64,000 nucleotides of DNA from an uncultured Chloroflexia bacterium (GTDB taxonomy: Bacteria > Chloroflexota > Limnocylindria > Limnocylindrales > CSP1-4), in assembly GCA_963748625.1 (NCBI GenBank), contig CAVVJT010000004.1, positions 448,001 through 512,000 on the forward strand, read 5' to 3'. The notes under the pieces were generated by a model. It made no database searches and was not told the origin of the DNA. It was given only the letters and a program-made list of their open reading frames with translations. A program made the position numbers and the translations under genes. Shown here one piece after another: positions 22,021-33,200 of the stretch. How positions within the stretch are numbered: the first letter of the stretch is position 1; each line of letters begins with the position of its first letter.

Positions 22021-22259
22021 ACTCCCCTTTCGTCGGGTCGAGTCCTTCCGGCATCACCAACCGTCCCTGACCCGGGGCGCATTGTGCTCCCGGCACGCGC
22101 TTTCCGGGACAACCGGCCTTTGCCGCACGTCCCCGCTCCCCGTCTACTGCGCAGCAGAGGAGCCGTGCGGCCCTGCCGCGACGCCCCGGGGGTCCGGCCG
22201 CCTCTGACGCCCGCCGTCACAGGGAAGCTGCAGCCGCGCACAGCCGCACGAGGAGGACC

Positions 22260-23876
22260 ATGCACGCCCGACCGTCGTTCCTGCGCGCCGCGCTCACCGC
22301 CGTGCTCGCTGTGGTCCTGCTCGCGCCGTCGACGCAGGCAGCCGCCGGCGCCGGGGCCACCATCAGCGGCACCGTCATCGACCGCACCGGGATCGAACTC
22401 AACGACCGCACGGTCTACCTCATGGGGTGGGATGGCAGCAACCCGGCCGCGCCCTACCTCGATGCGACGACGGCAGCCGACGGCTCATTCTCCTTCGCGG
22501 GGCTGGCGCCGGGCAGCTACGTGCTCGCCGTCCAGGGCGTCGAGCGCTGGCTGTCGGGCTGGTGGGATGCCGGCGCGCCCGGCCACTTCCGTGAGGTCCT
22601 CTCGGCTACGTCCGTCATCGACGCCACGGCCGGCGACGTCACGCTTGCCCCACTCGCGGAGGCACGCACCGCGGCCGCCGTCCACGGCATCGTCATCGAC
22701 AGGACAACGGGGCTGCCCGCGACCCGGGTCCGGGTGGATGCGGACGAAGCGGGCGAGTTCTACCCCAACGCCGACGGCGAGTTCATCCTGGCGCGCGAGC
22801 CCGGGAAGACGACCATCGGCTTCTGGGGCGACCCTGATGGCCCATACCCGTCACTCAGCGCCGTCTACACGACCGGAACTGCGTCGCACATCACCTCCAA
22901 CCTCAACGCCGGGACGATGGTCACCTGGACGGACGCCGACCAGGATCTTGGCGTCATCGGGATTGCCGATCCTGCTGTGATCCGCGTGACCCTGCCCGCC
23001 TCGCGCGCTGGTGCCACCGTCTGCGCGCAATCGACCTCCTCACCCTTCGCAGACATCTCCTGCGACACCGTCGGCGCTGGCGGCGTCGCGAGGATTGGCG
23101 GGCTCGACCCGGACACCTACAACGTCAGCATGGGTCATGATCGCGAGAGCCCGGCCATCCCGGGGATGCTCTACAACGAGGACGCTCCCGGGAACGTCTC
23201 CATGGACACGTACACGCCCGTCGCGGTGAGCACGACCACGTCGATCTCGGCCTGGCCCCCCACCGCCAGGCACCTGCGCGGCACCGTCCGCGTCGGGGCA
23301 TCGCGGGCGGACATCTACCTCTACCACGGCGCCCGGACATCCCTGTACGCCTACCGGCTGGTCCAGGGGGGCCTGAACCAGTTCGACCTGCTCGTGCCGC
23401 CCAACGTCGACGTGCGGCTCAAGGTCACGACCCGCAATGCCCGGCTCAACAGCCCGGCCTGGTGGAACCGCGCCTACGCGGGAGACCTCGGCCGGGTCGC
23501 CGCCACGATCCACATCGGCACGAGGTCGGTCAGCCTGGGCACGCTGACACCGCCGGCGGCGGCCAACCCACGGGTGCTCCGGTTCTCACCGGTGCCGGGC
23601 AGGACCGGCGTGAGTCGCAACGTGACGGTCAAGATCGTGTTCAGCGAGGTCGTGAGGAACGTCACGACCACGACGCTGCGCCTTGTCGACCTCACGACCG
23701 GCAAGACCGTGCCCGCAACGGTCAGGGCCGCCGACCCGTACGGGGCTTGGCTGATCGACCCGGTCGATCCCCTGCCTGCGACCCACAGCTTCAGGGTCAA
23801 GCCCTCATCTGCGATCACGGATACAAAGGGCCACGCCCTGAGGGTGTCGACGGCGACGTTCAAGACAGGGACCTGA
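22260..23876 (+). CDS. Secreted beta-sandwich protein (carboxypeptidase-regulatory-like domains, C-terminal Big_5-like Ig domain)
   Basis: Signal peptide, ISGTVID..TTAADGSFSFAGLAPGSY, C-terminal PRVLRFSP..VKIVFSE..AITDTKGHAL..TFKT; GGAGG RBS. Confidence 0.75.
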   Translation: MHARPSFLRAALTAVLAVVLLAPSTQAAAGAGATISGTVIDRTGIELNDRTVYLMGWDGSNPAAPYLDATTAADGSFSFAGLAPGSYVLAVQGVERWLSGWWDAGAPGHFREVLSATSVIDATAGDVTLAPLAEARTAAAVHGIVIDRTTGLPATRVRVDADEAGEFYPNADGEFILAREPGKTTIGFWGDPDGPYPSLSAVYTTGTASHITSNLNAGTMVTWTDADQDLGVIGIADPAVIRVTLPASRAGATVCAQSTSSPFADISCDTVGAGGVARIGGLDPDTYNVSMGHDRESPAIPGMLYNEDAPGNVSMDTYTPVAVSTTTSISAWPPTARHLRGTVRVGASRADIYLYHGARTSLYAYRLVQGGLNQFDLLVPPNVDVRLKVTTRNARLNSPAWWNRAYAGDLGRVAATIHIGTRSVSLGTLTPPAAANPRVLRFSPVPGRTGVSRNVTVKIVFSEVVRNVTTTTLRLVDLTTGKTVPATVRAADPYGAWLIDPVDPLPATHSFRVKPSSAITDTKGHALRVSTATFKTGT

Positions 23877-23880
23877 CCCC

Positions 23881-23930
23881 GCGCGCGGGAGCGCGGCTGT
23901 GGCGCGCGGAGCGCGGCTGTGCGCGGGAGC
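23881..23930. repeat. Short imperfect tandem repeat (about 20-nt unit, GCGCGGGAGCGCGGCTGT) between convergent genes
   Basis: About 2.5 copies seen directly. Confidence 0.55.
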
Positions 23931-23956
23931 CCGGCCGGACCCGCCGGCAGCGGGCC

Positions 23957-25483
23957 CTACCGCAGGAACAGGTCGTAGGCCGCGCTGCCGTCCTCGGCGG
24001 CCCAGGGCAGCCCGAGCGAGTCGATGAAGGCGCGGAAGTCGCCCATCTCGGCCTCCGGGACCTCGAAGCCGGCCAGCACACGCCCGAAGTCCGCCCCGTG
24101 GTTGCGGTAGTGGAAGAGGGAGATGTTCCAGCGCCCGGCGAGCGCGTCGAGGAACCCCATCAAGGCCCCCGGGCGCTCCGGGAACTCCACGCGCAGCACC
24201 CGTTCGTCGCGGACAGCCGCCGAGCGTCCGCCCACCATGTGGCGCACGTGGACCTTCGCCGTATCGTCGCTTGAGAGGTCGGTGACGGCCAGGCCAGCCG
24301 CGCGGAGCCGCGAGACCAGGTCGGTCGCGTCGGCCTGGTCGCGCACGGCCACGCCGGCGAACACGTGGGCTGCCGCCCGATCCGCGAGGCGGTAGTTGAA
24401 CTCGGTGATGACGCGCCCATCGCCGAGCAGGGAGCAGAACTCGCGGAACGCGCCCGGCCGCTCGGGGATCGTGGCCGCCAGCAGCGCCTCGCGGTGCTCG
24501 CCCAGGGCCGCCCGCTCCACGATGAAGCCAAGCCGGTCGAAGTCGATGTTCGCGCCCGAGAGCACCGCAGCCAGGCGCAGGCCCTGCCGGCCGCTCTCGG
24601 CCGCCCACCGCCGCAGGCCAGCGACCGCCAGCGCGCCTGCCGGCTCCACCACCGCACGGGTGTCCTCAAAGACCTCCTTGGTGGCAGCGGCGATCTCGTC
24701 GTTGGTGACCCGGACCACGCCCGCGCAGTGGCGGCGGGCGATCTCGAAGGGCAGCGCACCCACCTGGGCAACAGCCACGCCATCGGCGAAGATGCCCACC
24801 GTCGGCAGGACGACCCGCTCCCCCGCCTCGAGGCTTCGCGCCATCGAGTCGGCGTCGTCGGGCTCCACCCCGATCACCAGCACCGACGGCCGGACCGCGG
24901 CCACGTACGCGGCGATCCCCGCGAGCAGCCCGCCACCGCCCACGGGCACGAAGATCGCGTCCACATCGCCCAGCGCGTGGTGGAGGATCTCGGGCGCGAC
25001 GGTCCCGGCCCCCGCGATCACATCGGGGTCGTCGAACGGGTGGATGAAGACCCGCCCGGTCTCGGCGGCCAGTGCATCGGCCCGGTCCTTGGCATCGGCG
25101 AAGACAATCCCGGCGAGCACGATCTCGGCACCCAGGTCGCGCACCGCATCCACCTTGATGGCCGGGGTGGTCGCCGGCATCACGATGACCGCACTGATGC
25201 CCAGCTCGCGGGCAGCCCACGCGACACCCTGCGCGTGGTTGCCGGCCGAGGCAGCGATGACGCCCCGCGCGCGCTCGGCGGCCGACAGGCGCGCGATCCG
25301 GTTGTAGGCACCCCGGAGCTTGAAGGAGTGGACGGGCGAGAGGTCTTCACGCTTGAGCAGCACGTGGCAACCGAGGCGTGCGGACAGGCGCCGGGCGGAC
25401 TCGAGCGGGGTCTCGCGGGCGGCGGCTGGAACGCGCGCCTCGAGGATCGCGCGGAGCAGATTGTCCAGGCTGGGGTCGGGCAT
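23957..25483 (-). CDS. ilvA: Threonine ammonia-lyase, biosynthetic
   Basis: LKREDL..SFKLRGAYN, ASAGNHAQG, PVGGGGL, two ACT-like domains (PERPGA, ISLFHYRNHGAD). Confidence 0.96.
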   Translation of the reverse strand: MPDPSLDNLLRAILEARVPAAARETPLESARRLSARLGCHVLLKREDLSPVHSFKLRGAYNRIARLSAAERARGVIAASAGNHAQGVAWAARELGISAVIVMPATTPAIKVDAVRDLGAEIVLAGIVFADAKDRADALAAETGRVFIHPFDDPDVIAGAGTVAPEILHHALGDVDAIFVPVGGGGLLAGIAAYVAAVRPSVLVIGVEPDDADSMARSLEAGERVVLPTVGIFADGVAVAQVGALPFEIARRHCAGVVRVTNDEIAAATKEVFEDTRAVVEPAGALAVAGLRRWAAESGRQGLRLAAVLSGANIDFDRLGFIVERAALGEHREALLAATIPERPGAFREFCSLLGDGRVITEFNYRLADRAAAHVFAGVAVRDQADATDLVSRLRAAGLAVTDLSSDDTAKVHVRHMVGGRSAAVRDERVLRVEFPERPGALMGFLDALAGRWNISLFHYRNHGADFGRVLAGFEVPEAEMGDFRAFIDSLGLPWAAEDGSAAYDLFLR

Positions 25484-25492
25484 GGGTGGACG

Positions 25493-25774
25493 CTACGCCT
25501 GCCGGCGGATCGCGCTCCAGATGACCCAGGCGCCGGCCACGATGCCCCCGATGTTGAGCGCCTGGCCGGCTGGCCCACTGAGCAGCGACGTGTCCGCGCC
25601 CGCCGGCGCCGTCGCCTGCGCGACCAGCAGGAACAGCGACACCAGGAGGATCACGATCCCGGCGACAAGGCGCTGCCAGTCCAGGCGCGCGGGCTTTGGC
25701 TCAGCATCCGCGGCAGGCGCCGGCTTGGACTCGTCCGGCTTCGGCTTGTCGGTCTGCTCATTTCGGTCGGGCAT
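25493..25774 (-). CDS. Small two-TM membrane protein
   Basis: 93 aa from MPDRNEQ; TAGGCT -10 lies 7 nt before the ATG. Confidence 0.65.
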   Translation of the reverse strand: MPDRNEQTDKPKPDESKPAPAADAEPKPARLDWQRLVAGIVILLVSLFLLVAQATAPAGADTSLLSGPAGQALNIGGIVAGAWVIWSAIRRQA

Positions 25775-25840
25775 GGCTGCAAGCCTACCCGACACTGGTG
25801 GGCCGGTCGTCCGCGCGCGGTATGATCGGCCGCAGGTCGC

Positions 25841-25912
25841 TGATGCGTGGCTCACGGTGAGCGTCCGGCGCTGAGCCGGAAGGTGCGGGTTCGACTCCCG
25901 GAGCGTCAGCCA
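25841..25912 (+). ncRNA. Non-canonical tRNA-Gln(CUG)-like cloverleaf in the glnS 5' leader
   Basis: TGATGCG-TG-GCTC-ACGGT-GAGC-G-TCCGG-CGCTGAG-CCGGA-AGGT-GCGGG-TTCGACT-CCCGG-AGCGTCA-G-CCA; TATGAT -10 at 25821. Confidence 0.8.
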
Positions 25913-25986
25913 ACTCCCCTGGGAGTGTGGTGCGCCGGTCCGCGAGTCACCTCTCCTCCCCGTGCACGCAGGTCGAAGGAGACGCG

Positions 25987-27672
<1,686 letters not shown>

Positions 27673-27758
27673 GAGCCGAGTCCATGCGGCACTAGGCGCG
27701 TGTCGCTCCGGGGCGCAGGCTGCGGCTTGTCGAGGCGTGATCGGGCACGAGGCGACAC

Positions 27759-28469
27759 GTGGACGGACGGCGGTTGCTCCTCCGGCTCAGCGGCGCGGCA
27801 TGGCTCCTGCTTGCGATCGCGTCCATCCCTGCCCTTGCTGCGCTCGTCGACCCCACAGACCTCGCAAGCACGTCAGGCACGATTTCGGCCGTCCTGCTCG
27901 CGCTCCTCCTCGTGGCCCTGGAGCTCTGCGCGGCAATCCTGACCGGGGTCCGCCGGCTGGCTCCGGCTGCGATGGTGGCCGGACCCGTGGCACTCGTGAT
28001 CGCCGCTGTCGTCTACACCGTGTCGCTCTACGAGTGTGTCGGCGGGACGTCTCTCGGCTGCGGCCGACCAGTGGCGGCGGCCTTTGCGATCACCGGGGTC
28101 TTCGGGATCCTTGCGGGGTACTGGCCGGCGTCACTGCCTGATCGCGTGTGGGTCGCGATCGGCGTCGTGACGCAGTTCTATGCCGTTGCGGCCCTCCTGC
28201 TCCTTGGATCCCTGCTCGTCCTCGGCGTATCCGCGGGCGTGCCGGAGGACCGATCGCTGGTCGACTTCGCCGGCCCGATCCCACTCATGATCGGTGTTGC
28301 AGTGGTGGCATTCGTTGCAGGTCGGCATGCGCAAGCATCATGGGCGCGGTTCGGACTGCTGCTCGGCTGGATCCTTCCGACGCTGCTGACGCTTGGCGTG
28401 GCCCTCGCTCCCGTCGTAGCGGTCTACATCCTGATGGGCGATCGGCCGATCCGGCAGCCCACCGCCTGA
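27759..28469 (+). CDS. Multi-pass membrane protein, unknown function
   Basis: 236 aa with about 7 hydrophobic segments. Confidence 0.65.
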   Translation: MDGRRLLLRLSGAAWLLLAIASIPALAALVDPTDLASTSGTISAVLLALLLVALELCAAILTGVRRLAPAAMVAGPVALVIAAVVYTVSLYECVGGTSLGCGRPVAAAFAITGVFGILAGYWPASLPDRVWVAIGVVTQFYAVAALLLLGSLLVLGVSAGVPEDRSLVDFAGPIPLMIGVAVVAFVAGRHAQASWARFGLLLGWILPTLLTLGVALAPVVAVYILMGDRPIRQPTA

Positions 28470-28517
28470 GTCTCCTGGGGTTCGTCGATCTGCTCCGGCG
28501 GCTATGCTCGCGGCGCG

Positions 28518-29375
28518 ATGACCGGGTTCCCGTTCGACTTCCGGATCCGCACGCCCGACAGGCCGCTCGGCCGCGCCGTGGCGTCGGTCTGGTATGCGCG
28601 CGGCACGATCCCGTATCGCCGGGAGAAGGTCGCGCCCACCGGGTCCACCGTGGCGGTCATCGTCCTGGGTGACCCGATCATCGAGACCGCCGGCGGTCCC
28701 AGGGCCGTCCCGCTGCACGCCGCCGAGGGGTTCCTGATCGGGCCGCACGACCGGCCGGTCACGAACGAGCCGACGGGCGAGACGTTCGCCGTGGGGATCG
28801 TGACGACGCCGGTGGGCTGCCGGGCTGCGCTGGGCCTGGACCCGGCGCCGGTCGCCGGGCACGTGGTGGAACTGGCCGACGCGTGGGCACCGGCGGCCGA
28901 CCTGCGCGAGCGCCTGCTGAGTCTGGACGACCCGGAGGCGATGCTGGACCAGGTGGTCGACGTCCTGGGCGAGGGCCTCGATCTCGACATCGTCGGCCTC
29001 GACCGGTGCGAGCGGGCGGTCGCACGACTGGGCGAGGACCCGGCCCGTCCGATCGCCGACATCGCCGCGGCGGTGGGCATCTCGCACGGCCACCTTGACC
29101 GCGAGTTCACGCGGATCGTGGGCCTGTCGCCGCGCCGGCTGGCCCGGCTGCTGCGCGTGGAGCGGCTGCTCGAGGCGATCGACGTGGCCGGCGCGCCGGC
29201 GTGGGCGGACCTCGCCGCGGACCTGGGCTGGGCGGACCAGTCGCACATGATCCGTGACGTGAAGCGACATACCGGCTCATCGCCGTCGGCCTACCTGGCG
29301 GCCAGGCGGGCGTTCGAGGCGGGAGCACCGGCGCAGGGCGACGAGTCGGCGAGGTTCGTGCCCGAGGTCGTGTGA
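28518..29375 (+). CDS. AraC-family transcriptional regulator
   Basis: C-terminal double HTH: ISHGHLDREF..GLSPRRLARLLR..WADLAADLGWADQSHMIRD. Confidence 0.9.
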   Translation: MTGFPFDFRIRTPDRPLGRAVASVWYARGTIPYRREKVAPTGSTVAVIVLGDPIIETAGGPRAVPLHAAEGFLIGPHDRPVTNEPTGETFAVGIVTTPVGCRAALGLDPAPVAGHVVELADAWAPAADLRERLLSLDDPEAMLDQVVDVLGEGLDLDIVGLDRCERAVARLGEDPARPIADIAAAVGISHGHLDREFTRIVGLSPRRLARLLRVERLLEAIDVAGAPAWADLAADLGWADQSHMIRDVKRHTGSSPSAYLAARRAFEAGAPAQGDESARFVPEVV

Positions 29376-29466
29376 AGTCCGTCCAAGACCCGGCATCGTG
29401 CTTGGACCGACCATCCGCCCGTCCGCCCCCGCGTCCCCGTCCCCTGTCACCGGAGAGCCAGCCGCC

Positions 29467-30027
29467 ATGCCCGATCCTTCCGCCGCCACCGAGACCCAGC
29501 TCCGCAACATCGAGGCCTCGACCGGCATGAGCATGGCGGCCTTCGCGGCCGCCGTGGCCGAGCACGGGATCGAGGGGCACGCGAAGACGCTCGCGTTCCT
29601 CAAGGAGGAGTACGGCCTCAGCCACGGCAACGCCAACGCCGTCGCGCTGCGGGTGCGCGAGCTCGCCGCCGGCGGCCCCGCGGGTGCCGAAGCCCTGCTC
29701 GACGCCCAGTACGCGGGCGGCAAGGCGGCCCTGCGCCCCGTCTGCGACACGTTGGTCGACCTGGCCCGCAGTCTCGGACCGGACGTGGAGGTCCTCGTCC
29801 AGAAGACCGGCGTGGCTCTCCGGCGCCGCAAGCAGTTCGCCGTGGTCCAGGCGGCGTCGGCGAAGCGCGTGGCGCTGGGGCTCAACCTGTCGGCAGCCCC
29901 GGATGACCCTCGCGTGGTCGCGACGCCGGGCGCGATGTGCGGCTACCGGGTTGACCTTCCCGACGTGGAGGCCGTGGACGCGGACGTGGCCGACTGGCTC
30001 CGGCAGGCCTACGAGCGGGCGGGCTGA
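29467..30027 (+). CDS. DUF4287/DUF5655-like protein
   Basis: NIEASTG..FLKEEYGLSHGNANAV and RRRKQFA..WLRQAYERA patterns. Confidence 0.75.
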   Translation: MPDPSAATETQLRNIEASTGMSMAAFAAAVAEHGIEGHAKTLAFLKEEYGLSHGNANAVALRVRELAAGGPAGAEALLDAQYAGGKAALRPVCDTLVDLARSLGPDVEVLVQKTGVALRRRKQFAVVQAASAKRVALGLNLSAAPDDPRVVATPGAMCGYRVDLPDVEAVDADVADWLRQAYERAG

Positions 30028-30113
30028 CGGCAGACGGCGAGCGGACCCGTGCGCGACCGGCCGGCCGGTGCCGGTGCGGGCGGGCTCCGTGCGCGGGTGG
30101 CGCCGGGCTCCCC

Positions 30114-30222
30114 CCCCAAGCATGGGGCGTTTCGCCGCCGGACCCTCGTGGCTCAAGGCCCAGGATGTCGATGTGCCGGGTGAGCCGTGCAGGCAGGCAG
30201 GCGATTTGCCCCAACCTTGGGG
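30114..30222. repeat. 109-nt intergenic inverted-repeat element, copy B
   Basis: Ends CCCCAAGCATGGGGCGTTTCG and CGATTTGCCCCAACCTTGGGG; colinear with copy A (CCCTC, TGTCGAT, GGTGAGCC). Confidence 0.7.
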
Positions 30223-30294
30223 GAAGGCCCTGACGGGCCGGAGCCGCGCAACAGCCGGGCGGCGGGGCGAAGCAGCCAGGCTGTCACGCCCTTG

Positions 30295-33200
30295 CTACCA
30301 GCGCTTGCGGCCCTGGAGGCGCCAGACGGACTGGCGGATGGCGTCGTCGATGCGCGGGCCGCGGCGCTTGAAGCCGAGGTAGCCGGTGACCTCGGCGAGC
30401 AGCTGGTCCTCGGTCTTGGGATGCGGGTCCGACAGCGTCCAGAGGACCACGCGGTCGAGCTCGTAGAGCGAGACCTTGTCGATCGAGTCGGCCTGGTGCA
30501 GGCGGGGGCGCGGGCCGCGGGTGTCCGGCGGAGGCGGCGGGGCCACGGAGCCGGCGCCTCCCCCACCCCGCACGCGGGCGATGGATGCCTCGATGCCGGC
30601 GACGATCTTCGTTCCCTTGCGGGCGAACCCAAGCTCCTTCATGACCTCGGCGACGAGCTCGTCCTGGGTCCGGAGCTGGTGGTCGGACTCCACCCAGCGG
30701 ACGAGGTTGTCGAGCTCCGCCTGCGGCACGTCGTCGATGCCGGCGTGGCGCCCGAGCTTCGGCTTCGGTCCACGCAGGGCGGCCTCTGGGGCGGCGTCGG
30801 GCTGGGCCGGTGCCGGCTGGGCCGGTGCCGGCTGGGCGGGCGCCGGCTCGGCCGGTGCGGGCAACGGGGTCTGGGTCGGCGGGGTATGGGTCGACGGGGC
30901 TGCCGACGCTGCCGCGGTCGCACCCCAGGCCGTCCACGGTGACGGCGGCCCTGCGGGCGCCGGCGGGACGGTCGGGCCAGGGGGATCCGTGGGTTCGGGC
31001 GGATCGGGGGGACCTGCAGCCTGCGCGGCCTCGGCAGCCAGCCGGTCGGCTTCGGCAGTCGCCAGCGCTGCGGCGTCGGCTTCGGCGCCGTGTCGCGGCC
31101 TCGGCTTCGGCCTTCGCCGCGGCCTCGGCCTCGTCAACGGCGGCAACCGCGCGGTCGTACGCGACCTTGAGCCGCAGGATCTCCCCTGCCCGATCGCGGT
31201 ACCAGTCTGCCGACCAGATCCGGTGGAACTGCCAGCCGATCACCTCGAGATGCTGCTGGCGCAGGCGGTCACGCTCGCGGGCCGTCGGGGCGGAGTGGTA
31301 CGTGGGCCCGTCGCACTCGACGGCGAGGACGAACCGGCCTGCCTTGGTCGGATGCTCCAGGGCGATGTCGAGCGCATAGCTCGACGTCCCCACCTGCGGG
31401 ACCGCACGCACGCCCATCGCCCCCAGCGCCGCGAGCACGTCGCGCTCCAGGCCGTTGAGCGGCGGCCGCGGCGGGACCGCGTTCCCCAGGTCCGCGCCAC
31501 CGCTCTCGGCGTAGCGCAGGTAGGCCGCCATCAGGCGCACGCCCTCGGCGCTGGTCCGCGACGGGTCGACGTCCTCGGAGCCGAACGACGAGACCACCGT
31601 GACGCGCCGCTTGGCCCGCGTGATGGCGACGTTGAGCCGGCGCTCGCCGCCCTGCTGGTTCAGTGGCCCGAAGTTCTGGCGCAGCCGCCCGTCGGACGTC
31701 CGCCCGTAGCCGATGGTGAGGATGATCGCGTCCCGTTCGTCGCCCTGGACGCGCTCGAGGTTCTTCACGAAGAAGGGCTCGCGTCCGGTCTCGGCGAAGA
31801 ACGCGTCCAACTCTGGCACCGACGGCCGCCGGAGGCGCAGGGCCTCGTTGATGTGCTCGGCGTGCTGGATGCCCATCGCGATCACGCCCAGGCTCTCGTT
31901 GGGGCGGGTCCGCGCATGCTCGAGCACGAGGTCCACGACCGCCGCGACCTCCTCGGACGAGGAGACCCCATCGGAACCATCAGGTCGCGGCGCCACCCGC
32001 ACGTGCCGGACGCAGGAATCGTCCTCCACGGCCGGAAACGTCGTGAGGTCGCGGTGGGCCGGCGTGTAGATGTGCAGGTTCGAGAACGCGATGAGGCGCT
32101 CGTCGCGGCTGCGGTAGTGCCAGCGCAGCGGGTCCGACCGGACGAGCGAGTCGGCCACGTCGAGCAGCGAGGCGAACCCGGCGATCAGCGCATCGCCCTC
32201 GCCCTCTAGGGGCTCGCCCGCCGTCTCGCGGTCAACCGTGGTCTGCGAGGCGAAGAAGGTGGTCGGCGGAAGCTGGAGGCCGTCGCCCGCCACCACGGCC
32301 CGCTTGCCGCGCATCAGCGACGGGATCGCGTCGGCGGGCAAGATCTGTGACGCCTCGTCGAAGATGACGAGATCGAAATACTGCTTGTCGCCCGGCAGGA
32401 TCTGGCTCACGAGCAGCGGGCTCATCGCCCAGCACGGCTTCACCGCGGTGAGCACGTCGGGCGCGCGCGTGAACAGCTCACGCACGGAGAGGTGGCGGCT
32501 CTTCTTGCGGGCCTCGGCGGCGAGGACGAGGTCCTGCTCGGGGTAGGCGTCGCGGGCGCGCACCGCCCGCTCGGCCCAGGCGCGTTTGACGCGGGTCGTG
32601 GTCACGCTGATGTGCTCACGGTCGAGCTGCCGGTACGACGCCGCCTCCGCATCGAGGCGCTCGGCGTCGATCCCGCCCACGGCCGGGTCACGCGCGATCA
32701 CCCGCTCCACGACAGCCGCGGCCCACGCACGGTCGAGGGCCTTGCGGGCCGCATCGGCGGCGAGGGGGGTGGCCGCGACCTCACGAACCACCTCGTCCAG
32801 CCCGGCGGCGGCGAGCGTCGCCTGGCGGGCGCGCATCTCGGGCAGCTTGCGCAACGTGGGCAGGTCCGCCTCAAGGGCTGCCGCCCACGCGGCGAGCTCG
32901 TCGAGCGTGGCCTCCGGGCCCGGCGCCTGCACCACCGCGCCCAGGTTCGCGACCAGCCCCGACACCCGGTCCCATGCTGCTTCAAGCTCTAGGGCTCCGG
33001 CTACGCGGGGCGTGGGGCGGGCAGGGTCGATGGCGGCCCATCGGGCAGCCAGGTTGGCAGCGTCGGCCAGGAGCGCCGCAGCCCGCGCGGGCGTCACCGA
33101 CGCCTCGAGGACAAGGGACTTCGACTCGGCGAGGGCCGACTTGTAGGCGCCGTTGAAGAGGCCTGCGAGCAGCGCGGCCAGGCCACCCTTGCGGGCGGGT

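Noticed and set aside
25841-25912. tRNA-Sec, tRNA-Pyl or T-box interpretation
   Set aside because: The centred triplet is CTG, not TCA or CTA; there is no long variable arm and no T-box AGGGTGGNACCGCG consensus.
22017-25920. Direct repeat GCCAACTCCCCT as attL/attR of an island integrated at tRNA-Gln
   Set aside because: There is no integrase, the cargo includes housekeeping ilvA, and the second copy belongs to a complete cloverleaf with different stems rather than a duplicated tRNA 3' end.
27691-27760. CTAGGCGCGTGTCGC...GCGACACG as an IS-end remnant after glnS
   Set aside because: Only an 8-bp inverted repeat with no matching second CTAG end; could be an ordinary hairpin.
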